This document shows, in pieces, positions 39,121 to 48,686 of a stretch of 64,000 nucleotides of DNA. The stretch lies in assembly GCA_963664405.1 (NCBI GenBank), contig OY761158.1, positions 1,984,001 to 2,048,000 of the forward strand, written 5' to 3'. The first letter of the stretch is position 1, and each line of letters opens with the position of its first letter. The position numbers were made by a program, and so were the translations under genes. Under the pieces are notes generated by a model that was not told the DNA's origin, made no database searches, and was given only the letters and a program-made list of their open reading frames with translations. This stretch comes from Thermoanaerobaculia bacterium. Its GTDB lineage: Bacteria > Acidobacteriota > Thermoanaerobaculia > Multivoradales > Multivoraceae.

Positions 39121-40089
39121 ATGCGAGCCATACAAATCCAATCTCTCACTGGCCCGGAAGGTCTGGCCCTGGTCGACCTTCCGGAACCGGAGGCCGACGG
39201 CGGCCTCCTCATCGACGTTCATGCGGCAGGAGTCTCCTTCGCCGACCTCCTGGTCTCGCAAGGGCTCTATCAAATGACCCAGCCTCCCCCGTTTGTGCCG
39301 GGAATGGAGGCCGCCGGTATCGTCCGCCAGGTGCCTCCAGACAGTAACCTCTCGGTCGGCGACCGGGTGTGCACCCATGGCACAGGGACCTTCGTCGAGG
39401 TGATCCGGGCATCTCCCGAGCAAACTTTCCGGCTCCCCGACAGCATGAGCTTCGAGCAGGGCGCCGGCTTCATTCTCAACTTCCAGACTGCGATGTTCGC
39501 GCTGAGGCACCGCGGCGGCCTAGGCGAGGGGGAGACCGTACTCGTCTTCGGCGCCTCGGGTGGGGTTGGCACCGCGGCGATCCAGGTGGCCAAGGGTCTG
39601 GGCGCGGCCCGCGTCATCGGGCTGGTCTCGACCCCGGCCAAGGCGGAGATCGCGAGCGCGGCCGGCGCCGACGACGTGGCCTTGATCAGCGACAAGTGGA
39701 AGAACGACGTTCTCGAGCTCAGCTCCGGCGTCGATCTGGTCTACGACCCGGTAGGGGGTGACTACTTCCTCGACGGTCTGCGCTGCCTGAAGCCCAACGG
39801 CCGATTGGTGGTTGTCGGCTTTGCTGCCGGCTCGATTCCCGAGGTCAGGGTCAACCGTCTACTGCTCAAGAACATCGCTGTGGTCGGCGCCGCTTGGGGC
39901 TCGGCGATCCAAATCGATCGATCGTTACCGGGGAGGATCCACGACGAGCTGATGCCTCTGATCGAAAGCGGCGCGATCGACCCACCGGTAGGACAATCGC
40001 TTCCCCTCGAACAGGCCGCCGATGCCCTTCGCCTGTTTCAAAAGCGCGAGGCCGTCGGCAAGGTCGTGCTACGGGTAGCCGCCGACTAG
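39121..40089 (+). CDS. NADPH:quinone oxidoreductase (MDR family)
   Basis: PPFVPGMEAAG, LVFGASGGVG and YDPVGG. Confidence 0.93.
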   Translation: MRAIQIQSLTGPEGLALVDLPEPEADGGLLIDVHAAGVSFADLLVSQGLYQMTQPPPFVPGMEAAGIVRQVPPDSNLSVGDRVCTHGTGTFVEVIRASPEQTFRLPDSMSFEQGAGFILNFQTAMFALRHRGGLGEGETVLVFGASGGVGTAAIQVAKGLGAARVIGLVSTPAKAEIASAAGADDVALISDKWKNDVLELSSGVDLVYDPVGGDYFLDGLRCLKPNGRLVVVGFAAGSIPEVRVNRLLLKNIAVVGAAWGSAIQIDRSLPGRIHDELMPLIESGAIDPPVGQSLPLEQAADALRLFQKREAVGKVVLRVAAD

Positions 40090-40598
40090 ACCGGCAGCAC
40101 TGCCAGAGTCTCTTCGACCAGCCTCATGATGGGAGGAGCCATGCGCTCGGTCGCACCCACCAAGGCACCACCGAGCCCGAGCTCGTCATCCGCAAGCGCC
40201 AAGATCCGTCGGTTGGGAATGGCATAGGGCGCCGCTTGTCGCAAGGCCCTCGCCGAGAGATCCGCATCACCGGTCTTGAGGAAGTGGGCGATCAAAGCCG
40301 TCGCGGTCGAGCGCGAGATCCCCGCAAAGCAGTGCACCAAGAGGCCGCCGAGATCAGGATCCCACTCTCGAGCGAAGTCCACCAAGTCGCGAACGTCGTC
40401 CCCCTCCGGCAACACCCCGAATCCGTCCGGCTCGGAGATATCATGCACCGCCACTCGGAGGTGGCGCTCGGCCACGATCTCTCGCGGGCGTATCGGCTGA
40501 AACTCAGGTTGAATGATCGAGATCAAATGTGTCGGCTCGAGCTCGCGAACGTAACGCGGCATATCGAAGAGACCGCTGATGTAGATGTGGCCAGGCAT
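40086..40598 (-). CDS. Protein-tyrosine-phosphatase-like protein
   Basis: LVHCFAGISRSTA (HCxxGxxR) and PNRRILALAD. Confidence 0.88.
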   Translation of the reverse strand: MPGHIYISGLFDMPRYVRELEPTHLISIIQPEFQPIRPREIVAERHLRVAVHDISEPDGFGVLPEGDDVRDLVDFAREWDPDLGGLLVHCFAGISRSTATALIAHFLKTGDADLSARALRQAAPYAIPNRRILALADDELGLGGALVGATERMAPPIMRLVEETLAVLPV

Positions 40599-40624
40599 CG
40601 AGCTGGAAGGGCTTCGTCGCCACG

Positions 40625-41923
40625 ATGAATCTCGCGAGCGCGATTCTACTTTGGGTGCTCATCTCCGTGCTGGGAGGGCCGGTCTTCCCTCCTGTGCTTG
40701 GCGCACAGGACAGCCCTGCTGAGAGGAGCGGCGGGGCGACCCAGACTCCTGCCAAGTGGACGCTCAGCTGGGACGGGAGTACGAAGCTCGACAGTGCAGA
40801 CGGCCGATTCGAGCTCGAGCTCGGGGGGCGACTGCTCATGGACTCCACCTGGATCGAATCGCAGGAGCTGAGCTCCGAAGAAGACTTCCGCTTCGAAGAC
40901 GGCGGCGAGATCCGCAGTGGGCGCCTGTACGTCGAGGGAACGATGTACGACGACATCGTCTTCATGGCCGAGTACGATTTCGCGGTCGACAGAGAGTTCA
41001 AAGACGTGTGGCTCGGCTTCGACCGCGGGGTCTACAGAGCCCGAGTGGGGCATCAAAAGGAGCCCTTCAGTCTCGGTGAGCTGACTTCCGGGAAATACAC
41101 CGCCTTTCTCGAGCGAGCGTTGATCAGCGCGTTCTCCCCGGGCCGGAACACGGGCATCTCGGTGGACGGCGGCAACGATCGCTTGACCTACGGCTTCGGC
41201 ATCTTTCACGAAAGTGACGACTTCCGCGCCGATTTCGACAGTGATCGCCGGAACATCACCGGTCGCTTCGCCTACCGACCGATCTGGAAGGACGGTGGGA
41301 GGCGGATGTTGCACCTTGGCGTCGCAGCCACCGACAAAGACACTTTCGGCCTCTCCGACGAGTTCCACATAGGCTCTCGCGCCGAGTTCCATTTCGGCTC
41401 CGAGCGTCCGGCGGACACCGGCGGCTTCGCAACCGACGGCCAGCGTTCTCTCGGCTTCGAGCTCGCTGGTGTGGCCGGTCCCTTCTGGTTCTCGGGCGAG
41501 TACATGATCTCGGAGGTCGAACACTTCGACGACCCCGAGACGCCGACCACGACCACCAACCTCGACTTCGGCGGCAGCTACCTGCAGGCGGGCTACTACC
41601 TGACCGGCGAGCACCGGCGCTTCGAGACGCCGATCGGAAGCTGGGACCAGCAGCACCCGAACAACAGCGTAGGCAAGGGTGGCAAGGGAGCCTGGGAGCT
41701 GGCCCTGCGCCTGTCGAAGCTGGATCTCAGCGACCAGAGCATCGATGGCGGCGTGATCGAGTCCGTCACGCTGGGAGTCAACTGGTACTTGAATCCGCTG
41801 ACCCGCATCGTGGTGAACTACATCGCGAGCGACCGCTCCCCCGGCATCTTTCTCGAGCCAGGCGAGATACCCCGCGAGATCTCGGCCGACGCGATTGCCC
41901 TCCGCGCCCAGATCGAATTCTAG
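40625..41923 (+). CDS. Phosphate-selective porin OprO/OprP family
   Basis: GHQKEPFSL..LTS...FLER, YYLTGEHR, GAWELALR and TLGVNWYLNP; C-terminal Phe. Confidence 0.9.
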   Translation: MNLASAILLWVLISVLGGPVFPPVLGAQDSPAERSGGATQTPAKWTLSWDGSTKLDSADGRFELELGGRLLMDSTWIESQELSSEEDFRFEDGGEIRSGRLYVEGTMYDDIVFMAEYDFAVDREFKDVWLGFDRGVYRARVGHQKEPFSLGELTSGKYTAFLERALISAFSPGRNTGISVDGGNDRLTYGFGIFHESDDFRADFDSDRRNITGRFAYRPIWKDGGRRMLHLGVAATDKDTFGLSDEFHIGSRAEFHFGSERPADTGGFATDGQRSLGFELAGVAGPFWFSGEYMISEVEHFDDPETPTTTTNLDFGGSYLQAGYYLTGEHRRFETPIGSWDQQHPNNSVGKGGKGAWELALRLSKLDLSDQSIDGGVIESVTLGVNWYLNPLTRIVVNYIASDRSPGIFLEPGEIPREISADAIALRAQIEF

Positions 41924-42064
41924 CCGGCCGTCCAGGGCACCCCACCTCACCGCGTGCTCGTCGCTCGGCTCCTCAACGTACGCCAGAGTACGCCTGGCCG
42001 GCCGCGCCTGCGTCGCCTCGCTCCTGTGTTGCGGCGATCTGGGGCACCCTGAACGGCCGGCAAG
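41920..42064 (+). repeat. Palindromic element, family B (core related to family A)
   Basis: Ends CTAGCCGGCCGTCCAGGG / CCCTGAACGGCCGGCAAG; internal CTCCTCAACGTAC-GCCAGA-GTACGCCTG...CGTCG. Confidence 0.75.
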
Positions 42065-42118
42065 ATTCCGCTCCGAGGGCAGCTTGACTCATGAGTTGCG
42101 AATGCGAGCTGGAGACAT

Positions 42119-43765
42119 CTAGCGTTCGGCCTTTGGCGGCAGACCACCGCCCTCGTAGTAAGCCTGCCAGAGAGCCACTTTTTCGGCGCGAAGGCCGGTG
42201 TCGGTGTGGATGTCATTGCCGAACTCGAGGTAGTTCTCGTCGTCGGCCGTGAACGGTAGCCATCGCGGCAGGTCGCCACCGTTGGGATCGCCACTGTCCG
42301 CAAAGCGCACCCAGGCCTCCGACATCGCCGCCGAGATCCTGCGATCTCTCGGTGTATAGCGGGGCGCGTCGACCGTGGCAAAAACGTAAGGGATCTCAGC
42401 CGCATGGTACGCGCCGAGGATGTGGCTCTGCTCCCCAGGAGGAACGCGCGAAAAGTAGTAGAGGTAGGCGGGGGCACTGCCACTATCGGTCGCACTCGCC
42501 CACGCTTGCATCGCCCAGGTGAAGAGCTCATCGCAGACCAGGTTGCTCAAGGCATCGGCGACATCTCCGTCAGCCGCGGCAGGGTAAAGCTCGAGAGCAC
42601 GCGAGCCATGCTCGCCAAGGCGCTCGCGCACCCAAGTTTCGTAGGCTTGCTTCGACGCCAGTGCGCCGGGCGCGACCGCCGGGGCGATGGCGCTTCCTTC
42701 GTCGGCATTCGACCCGAGCATCAAAGGCACGTCGTTGTGTCGTCCCTGGGCAAAGATCTCGGCGGCGGTCGCCGGGAAGACCCGCCCGTCGATGGTAGGC
42801 AAGGTGAAGTAGTTGGTGAAAGCCGGATCACTATTCCATGCAGCGAGGACCTCGTCGGCGGAGCGCTCGCGCATCGAAGTGAGTGGATCGCCGCTGTCGG
42901 CCTCGAGCGCCTCGGCCAGCCCAACTCCCAGTGCTTCGGCCGAGACGAAAGTGGATTCCGAACGCGGCTCGCCTTCCTCGGCTCGTAATGGAAAGCGATT
43001 GGCAAAGATCGACCCGCTTTGACCGATCGCACGATGAAAGAGACCGCCGGCGAGCGGCGAGGTCATCAGCGCCGAGACACTGAGTGACCCAGCCGACTCG
43101 CCAAAGATTGTGACCCGGCCCGGATCGCCTCCGAACGCAGCGATGTTGCCCCGGACCCACTCGAGCGCCTGGATCTGATCGAGAAGACCCTGGTTGCCCG
43201 AAACTCTATGCTCGGAGGCCGCCGACAGGCTTGGATGGGCAAGAAAACCGAACGGGCCCAGACGATAATTGATCGACACCACGACGGCACCCTTACGTGC
43301 CAGCGGTGCACCGTCGGTGCTGGAGCCGGTGCCGTAGATCAGTGCCCCACCGTGAATCCACACCATCACCGGCCGGCGCTCGCGAGCCTCCGCGGCGGCT
43401 GTCCAAACATCGAGAGTCAGGCAGTCCTCGTCCTGTACGAGATCTTCCCTGGCGTAAAGCTCGATCTCCAACTTCGGCTGCACACAAGCCGGCCCTGCGA
43501 CGGTGGCGTCACGCGTGCCTTCCCACCCCAAAACCGGCTGGGGAGGCGCCCAGCGTAGGTCGCCTATCGGAGGCGCGGCGAACGGGATCCCCCGGTAGGC
43601 GTGCACCTCCCCATCGTCGAAAGCGAGACCACGGATCCGCCCACCGCTGACTTCGATCTCCTCGTCCAAGAGGACGGGGGTGGGGGGCGCAGCCTCGCGA
43701 CAGGCGGTGAAAACCGATAACAGAAGCAGGGAGAGGGCAATGGGTAGACTCGAGAGCGACCTCAT
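42119..43765 (-). CDS. Carboxylesterase type B, lipoprotein
   Basis: Lipobox FTAC; GIPFAAPP, EDCL, WIHGG, GESAG and AYHAAEI. Confidence 0.95.
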   Translation of the reverse strand: MRSLSSLPIALSLLLLSVFTACREAAPPTPVLLDEEIEVSGGRIRGLAFDDGEVHAYRGIPFAAPPIGDLRWAPPQPVLGWEGTRDATVAGPACVQPKLEIELYAREDLVQDEDCLTLDVWTAAAEARERRPVMVWIHGGALIYGTGSSTDGAPLARKGAVVVSINYRLGPFGFLAHPSLSAASEHRVSGNQGLLDQIQALEWVRGNIAAFGGDPGRVTIFGESAGSLSVSALMTSPLAGGLFHRAIGQSGSIFANRFPLRAEEGEPRSESTFVSAEALGVGLAEALEADSGDPLTSMRERSADEVLAAWNSDPAFTNYFTLPTIDGRVFPATAAEIFAQGRHNDVPLMLGSNADEGSAIAPAVAPGALASKQAYETWVRERLGEHGSRALELYPAAADGDVADALSNLVCDELFTWAMQAWASATDSGSAPAYLYYFSRVPPGEQSHILGAYHAAEIPYVFATVDAPRYTPRDRRISAAMSEAWVRFADSGDPNGGDLPRWLPFTADDENYLEFGNDIHTDTGLRAEKVALWQAYYEGGGLPPKAER

Positions 43766-43811
43766 GTCGAAACTCCTTCTCGGCGTAGCGTCTGATTCCT
43801 CAGCGCCCGAT

Positions 43812-45479
43812 TCAACGAAGCGCGAAGGTCGCGAGGATGTTCCCCGAGATCACGGCGACGTACTGAGTCTCGCCCAGCTGGTAGGTGATCGGGGCCATCA
43901 CGATCTGGCCGCCCAGGCTGGCCTTCCACAGCAGATCGCCGGTGCGTGCGTCGAGGGCGTGGAAGTGGCCTTCGCGGCCGCCGGTGAAGAGAAGATCCGT
44001 GGCGGTCGTGAGCATGCCGCTGTCACTGACGTCGAACTGCTCGAACTTCCACTTCTGCTCACCCGTCTTGGGGTCGATCGCCATGACGGCGCCGCTGCCG
44101 ACCTCGTTGGTCCAGTAGTTGATCGGGCCGCGGCGGCCGATCCCGACACCCGGTGCGCCGGGCGCCGGCACCAGAACGTCGAAGCCGCCGCCGAGAAACT
44201 GGCGACCAGGCTCGTAGGTAGACTCTTCCTTCTTGTAGATGGTTGCGTAGTTCTCCCACGCGGCGAAGTAGACGAGGCCGGTGCGCGGGCTGAACGAGGG
44301 TGGATACCAGTTGGTGCCACCCTGGTTGCCAGGCCAGGTGGGCTGGCCCGCCGGCTGAGGTGTCGCGATCGGCCGACCGAGCTCGTCGAGACCGCTCGCC
44401 CAGTTGACCTTGACGAAGGGCGTGCCGGTCAAAAACTCACCGGTGACGCGATCGAGAACGTAGAAGTAGCCGTTGCGGTTGGCCCAGAGCATCAGCTTGG
44501 CCGGTCGCCCCTGCCAGTCGATGTCGACAAGCACTGGGACCTGGACCGCGTCGTAGTCGTAGCCGTCGTTCGGCGTGAACTGGAAGTGCCACTTGAGCTC
44601 TCCAGTGTCCGGGTCGAGCGCGACCACCGAGTCGGAGTAGAGGTTGTCGCCGGGCCTCTGATCGGCGTTCCAGTCAGGCCCAGGATTGCCGATGCCCCAA
44701 TAGGTGAGGTCGAGCTCGGGATCGTAGGAGCCGGTGATCCACACCGACGCGCCGCCGTGCTCCCAGTCGTCGCCCTCCCAGGTCTCGTGGCCTGGCTCGC
44801 CCGGTCCTGGAATGGTGTAGAAGCGCCACGCCTCTTCGCCGGTCTCGGCGTAGTAGGCGACAATGTACCCGCGGATTCCATACTCGCCGCCGCCGACACC
44901 GACCACGACTTTGTCCTTGATGACCAGGGGCGCCATGGTGATGGAGTAGGCGAGCTTCGGGTCCCCCACTTCGACCTTCCAGATCGGTGTGCCGCTCGTC
45001 GCGTCGATGGCGATGAGTCTCGCGTCCAGCGTGCCCATGAAGAGCGTGTTGCCGAGCATCGCCAGGCCGCGATTATTCGAGCCGCAGCAGACCCTCGCCT
45101 CGGTCGACGGCGTGTGCCGGTAGAGCCAGAACGCGCGCCCGGTCTTGGCATCGACGGCCATGGCGTCGTTGGGACGCTGGGTGAGATACATGATCCCGTC
45201 GACCACGAGCGGGTTGGACTGCCAAGCCCCGGCCACCCGATTCTGCAGCACCCACACGAGCTCGAGATCGGTCACGTTCTGCGGCGTAATCTGGTCGAGC
45301 CGGCTGTAGCGCTGGCTGTTGTAGGTCCCGTTGTAGGTCAACCAGTTGTGGGGCTCCGCCGCGGCCTCGCGAATGCGGTCGAATGACAACTGCCCTTCGA
45401 CCCGATCGGTCGCTGCCAGCCCAACAACAAGGGAGCCTAGGAGCAGCAAGTTCGAGACGCGGACTACGGCCATTCTCAT
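43812..45479 (-). CDS. PQQ-dependent alcohol dehydrogenase family protein
   Basis: WLTYNG...RYSRLDQI, vicinal CC (VCCGSNNRG), GGGEYGIRG and YDYDAVQ. Confidence 0.92.
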   Translation of the reverse strand: MRMAVVRVSNLLLLGSLVVGLAATDRVEGQLSFDRIREAAAEPHNWLTYNGTYNSQRYSRLDQITPQNVTDLELVWVLQNRVAGAWQSNPLVVDGIMYLTQRPNDAMAVDAKTGRAFWLYRHTPSTEARVCCGSNNRGLAMLGNTLFMGTLDARLIAIDATSGTPIWKVEVGDPKLAYSITMAPLVIKDKVVVGVGGGEYGIRGYIVAYYAETGEEAWRFYTIPGPGEPGHETWEGDDWEHGGASVWITGSYDPELDLTYWGIGNPGPDWNADQRPGDNLYSDSVVALDPDTGELKWHFQFTPNDGYDYDAVQVPVLVDIDWQGRPAKLMLWANRNGYFYVLDRVTGEFLTGTPFVKVNWASGLDELGRPIATPQPAGQPTWPGNQGGTNWYPPSFSPRTGLVYFAAWENYATIYKKEESTYEPGRQFLGGGFDVLVPAPGAPGVGIGRRGPINYWTNEVGSGAVMAIDPKTGEQKWKFEQFDVSDSGMLTTATDLLFTGGREGHFHALDARTGDLLWKASLGGQIVMAPITYQLGETQYVAVISGNILATFALR

Positions 45480-46249
45480 TCCAGGCCCCTGAGCGAAAGA
45501 AGGTACGCCACAACATGGGAGACTTCTTCCGCCGAGAAGGTACCTTCGACCGAAGGCATTGGCGAAGTCTTGCCATGCTCGAGCTCGACAAGATCGGACT
45601 TGTCCAGCGAGACCAGCCGCTCCTGCTCGTCGATCATCTGTAGGGTGTAGGTGTCCTCGTTGAGCCGCCGTCCCCGGATCGTCCGGCCGTCACGCGTCAC
45701 CGCTCGCACCGGACGATTGATCGGACGCATCGAAGCGGTCGGATCAAGCAGCGATAGCTGCAAGGTCGCCGGCGTCCGAATGGCTCCGATGTCGCTGAGG
45801 TCGGGAGCCGTTAGCGGACCCCGACCGTTGACGCGATGGCAAGTCGTGCACTCTCCCTTGCCTTCGAAGAGCGCCTGGCCGCGCTCGGGGTTGCCGACCT
45901 TCACCGCGACGCCGCTGGGATCGAAACCGGCACGAATGAAAGCGACGATCCCGTCGAGCTCGGCAGAAGACAGATCGAGCCCCGGCATGCCGACATCGGG
46001 AATCCCGGTCGTGATCACTTCTCGAAGATCCTCGTCCGATCGCGCGCGGGGGAAACGTCCGGCGCGAAGATCGACGCCGTCGATGTCGTCGCCGTTGGTG
46101 CCGTGGCACAAGGCGCACTCGTTGGTGTAGATCCGCGAGCCCGCTTCGATGTCCTCACTGCTGTAGGTATGACCCTGGCCTTGAGCCAGAGTCAGCCCAG
46201 GAATGGCCGCAACCAGAGTGAAGGTGGCGAGCAGGGTCAGGATACGCAT
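45476..46249 (-). CDS. Di-heme c-type cytochrome
   Basis: CALCH and CTTCH; signal peptide from MRILTL; overlaps the PQQ dehydrogenase start. Confidence 0.9.
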   Translation of the reverse strand: MRILTLLATFTLVAAIPGLTLAQGQGHTYSSEDIEAGSRIYTNECALCHGTNGDDIDGVDLRAGRFPRARSDEDLREVITTGIPDVGMPGLDLSSAELDGIVAFIRAGFDPSGVAVKVGNPERGQALFEGKGECTTCHRVNGRGPLTAPDLSDIGAIRTPATLQLSLLDPTASMRPINRPVRAVTRDGRTIRGRRLNEDTYTLQMIDEQERLVSLDKSDLVELEHGKTSPMPSVEGTFSAEEVSHVVAYLLSLRGLE

Positions 46250-46302
46250 GATCAGCTTAGAAACCTGGAGACGGGATAATACCCGCTGCGAGGGTCCGGC
46301 CG

Positions 46303-47565
46303 TCAACTCACATTGCGCTTGATATCGCGGAACGGCCCTCTATCCGAGCGATGGCCCTTCGGCATACCGAGAACACGCTCGGAGATGATGTTTCTCTGAA
46401 TCTCGTCCGTGCCACCGGCGATGGAGATGGCCGGTACTGAGATCAGGATCTCGGCAATCGTGCCCTGCTCCGCTGATTCGGCACCACTCAGCATCGCGTC
46501 TGCGCCCGCGATCATCGTATGTACGTGCGAAGCCTGGCGCGCGATCACACTTGCCGCCAGCTTCCCGATCGATCCAGCTGGAATGATCTCCGTTGTCCCC
46601 GCCATCCGCTTCGCCTCGACACTGGCCGAGGCGAGGGCGGCTCCAGTGGACATGCCGATGAGCCTTGCGATCTCCTGGCGGATCGCCGGATCTTTGATTG
46701 CACCAGTTTCCCTGGCACGCGGCAACACGAGATCGACCCGGCCCTCGCGCTGCGGATACCAGGTGTAGGGCTCCGTTGCGATCGCCAGTTCCGCCTTGAG
46801 CTCCTCGTAAACGCGACCCTTCTTCGGCCCCTGGATGCCACCGCCGGTGGGTCGCCTACCGAACCCGCGCCGCTCAAATGACAGAGTCGTCGTGGCGACG
46901 GCCCAGCCATTGCCCTCTCCGCCGATCAGATCTTCGGCAGGAACCTCGGCGTTGGCGAGGAAGACCTCATTGAAAGACTGATGCCCGTTCATCTGCTTCA
47001 GCGGCCGCACCTCCACCCCCGGCTGGCGCATGTTGAGCAGGAAGTAGCTCAGGCCCTGATGCTTGGGCAGATCCCAATCGCTTCTGGCGAGCAGAATCCC
47101 GAAATCGGCGTGGTGGGCACTGGTGTTCCAAACCTTCTGCCCGTTGAGAATCCACTTGCCGTGGTGGAGCTCGGCCCGAGTGCTCGCGCCGGCGAGATCT
47201 GAGCCACTGCCCGGTTCGCTGAACAGCTGGCACCACGTATGCTCCCCCGTGAGTATCGGTCGAAGGTAGCGCCGCTTCTGGTCGTCAGATCCACACGCGA
47301 GAATGGTCTCTGACGCAAGGCGACGCGGCCCGACCTGTGCTGCGCCGACAGCGCCCTTCTCGTTGAAGACGGCCGTCACCGCCGCCGCTTGGTCGGTGGT
47401 GAAGCCGCGTCCAAAATACTCCTCAGGCCAGTGGGGAGCAGCCCAGCCACCATCGACGAGAATGTTCCGCCACTCGATCAGCGAGCGATCGGAGGACCAG
47501 TTCTCGTCGAGCCACTGAGTGACTTCGTTTCTGATCTCCTCGTCGGTCAGTCCAGACCGCGTCAT
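46303..47565 (-). CDS. Acyl-CoA dehydrogenase
   Basis: WCQLFSEPGSGSDLA and IAGGTDEIQRNIISERVLG; start MTRSG at 47565. Confidence 0.93.
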   Translation of the reverse strand: MTRSGLTDEEIRNEVTQWLDENWSSDRSLIEWRNILVDGGWAAPHWPEEYFGRGFTTDQAAAVTAVFNEKGAVGAAQVGPRRLASETILACGSDDQKRRYLRPILTGEHTWCQLFSEPGSGSDLAGASTRAELHHGKWILNGQKVWNTSAHHADFGILLARSDWDLPKHQGLSYFLLNMRQPGVEVRPLKQMNGHQSFNEVFLANAEVPAEDLIGGEGNGWAVATTTLSFERRGFGRRPTGGGIQGPKKGRVYEELKAELAIATEPYTWYPQREGRVDLVLPRARETGAIKDPAIRQEIARLIGMSTGAALASASVEAKRMAGTTEIIPAGSIGKLAASVIARQASHVHTMIAGADAMLSGAESAEQGTIAEILISVPAISIAGGTDEIQRNIISERVLGMPKGHRSDRGPFRDIKRNVS

Positions 47566-48662
47566 TACAGACCCTCCACAACCGTCATCATGCGTTCGCG
47601 GTGCAGATGCGGGGTGCCCAAGAACACTTCCGAGCTCTTCGCCCGTTTGAACCACAGATGAGTGTCATCTTCCCAGGTGAACCCGATGCCGCCCCGTAGC
47701 TGGATTCCGGCCTTCGCGGCGTTCATGTAGGTCTCGCTCGCCATCGCTTTCGCCATGCTCGCCGCATAGGGCTCGCCCTCATCCGCGTCGAGGCAGCGGG
47801 CGGCGTGATGTACCACCGCTCTTGCCAGCTCCAATTCCATCAGCAGATCGGCACATCGATGCTTGAGCGCCTGAAACGATCCGATCGGCCTGCCGAATTG
47901 AACACGCACCTTGGTGTATTCGACCGTGGACTCGAGCAGATGTTGCGCACCGCCGATCATCTCGTGAGCGAGCGCCACACACATCTGATCCCAGATTCGA
48001 TGCAGCGCTTCATCGCTCACCTCCCCGACCTTCTCGCCGGGAGCACTGTCGAGAATCACACGAGAGAGTTTTCGAGTTGGGTCCAGCACTTCGAGCGAGT
48101 CGATGGACACGCCAGGGGCATGTCGATCGACCGCGTAGAGTCCCCGTCCATCCCTGGTCTTCGCAACGACGATCAGAAGGTCGGCGACATGCGCATCCAC
48201 GACGATGCCGGCCGTCCCGGTGAGTCTTCCGTGATCGCTTGCCTGGGTCGATCGCCCGGCCTGATCCGGATCGTTGAGATCGTCGAGCACTAGCGTAGCT
48301 AGCGTGGAACCCGAGGCAATACCCGGCAGAAGCGCTTCCTTCTGCACCTCGGTTGCCGCATTCAATAGAGCAAGCCCTGCCATTACCGGAGACGCAAAGA
48401 AAGGCCCACAGTAGAGTGTTCGCCCCATCTCCTCGGCAACGATACCGAGCTCGATCAGACCGAATCCTGTGCCCCCATATGCCTCCGGGATGTGGATCCC
48501 CCCCAATCCCACCTCGCCGCAAAGCTGCTGCCACACGGCAGGGTCATAGCCCCGATCCGAGGCCATCAAATCCCTGACCGCGCTGGAGGGCGAATTGTCC
48601 TTCAGGGCGCGAGCTACCACCTGTCTGAACAACTGCTGCTCTTTCGAGAACTCTGCCTGCAT
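47565..48662 (-). CDS. Acyl-CoA dehydrogenase (short partner subunit type)
   Basis: RVQFGRPIGSFQALKH and GGIGFTWE; coupled to the downstream ACAD like heterotetrameric FadE pairs. Confidence 0.92.
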   Translation of the reverse strand: MQAEFSKEQQLFRQVVARALKDNSPSSAVRDLMASDRGYDPAVWQQLCGEVGLGGIHIPEAYGGTGFGLIELGIVAEEMGRTLYCGPFFASPVMAGLALLNAATEVQKEALLPGIASGSTLATLVLDDLNDPDQAGRSTQASDHGRLTGTAGIVVDAHVADLLIVVAKTRDGRGLYAVDRHAPGVSIDSLEVLDPTRKLSRVILDSAPGEKVGEVSDEALHRIWDQMCVALAHEMIGGAQHLLESTVEYTKVRVQFGRPIGSFQALKHRCADLLMELELARAVVHHAARCLDADEGEPYAASMAKAMASETYMNAAKAGIQLRGGIGFTWEDDTHLWFKRAKSSEVFLGTPHLHRERMMTVVEGL

Positions 48663-48686
48663 TGCGCCGAGCCGAAGAAGCCGGAT

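Noticed and set aside
43680-45386. 568-aa plus-strand ORF (also 4774..5922, 21227..22576, 40646..41950, 53147..54559, 60257..61333)
   Set aside because: Antisense shadows of well-supported genes in high-GC DNA, with no motifs
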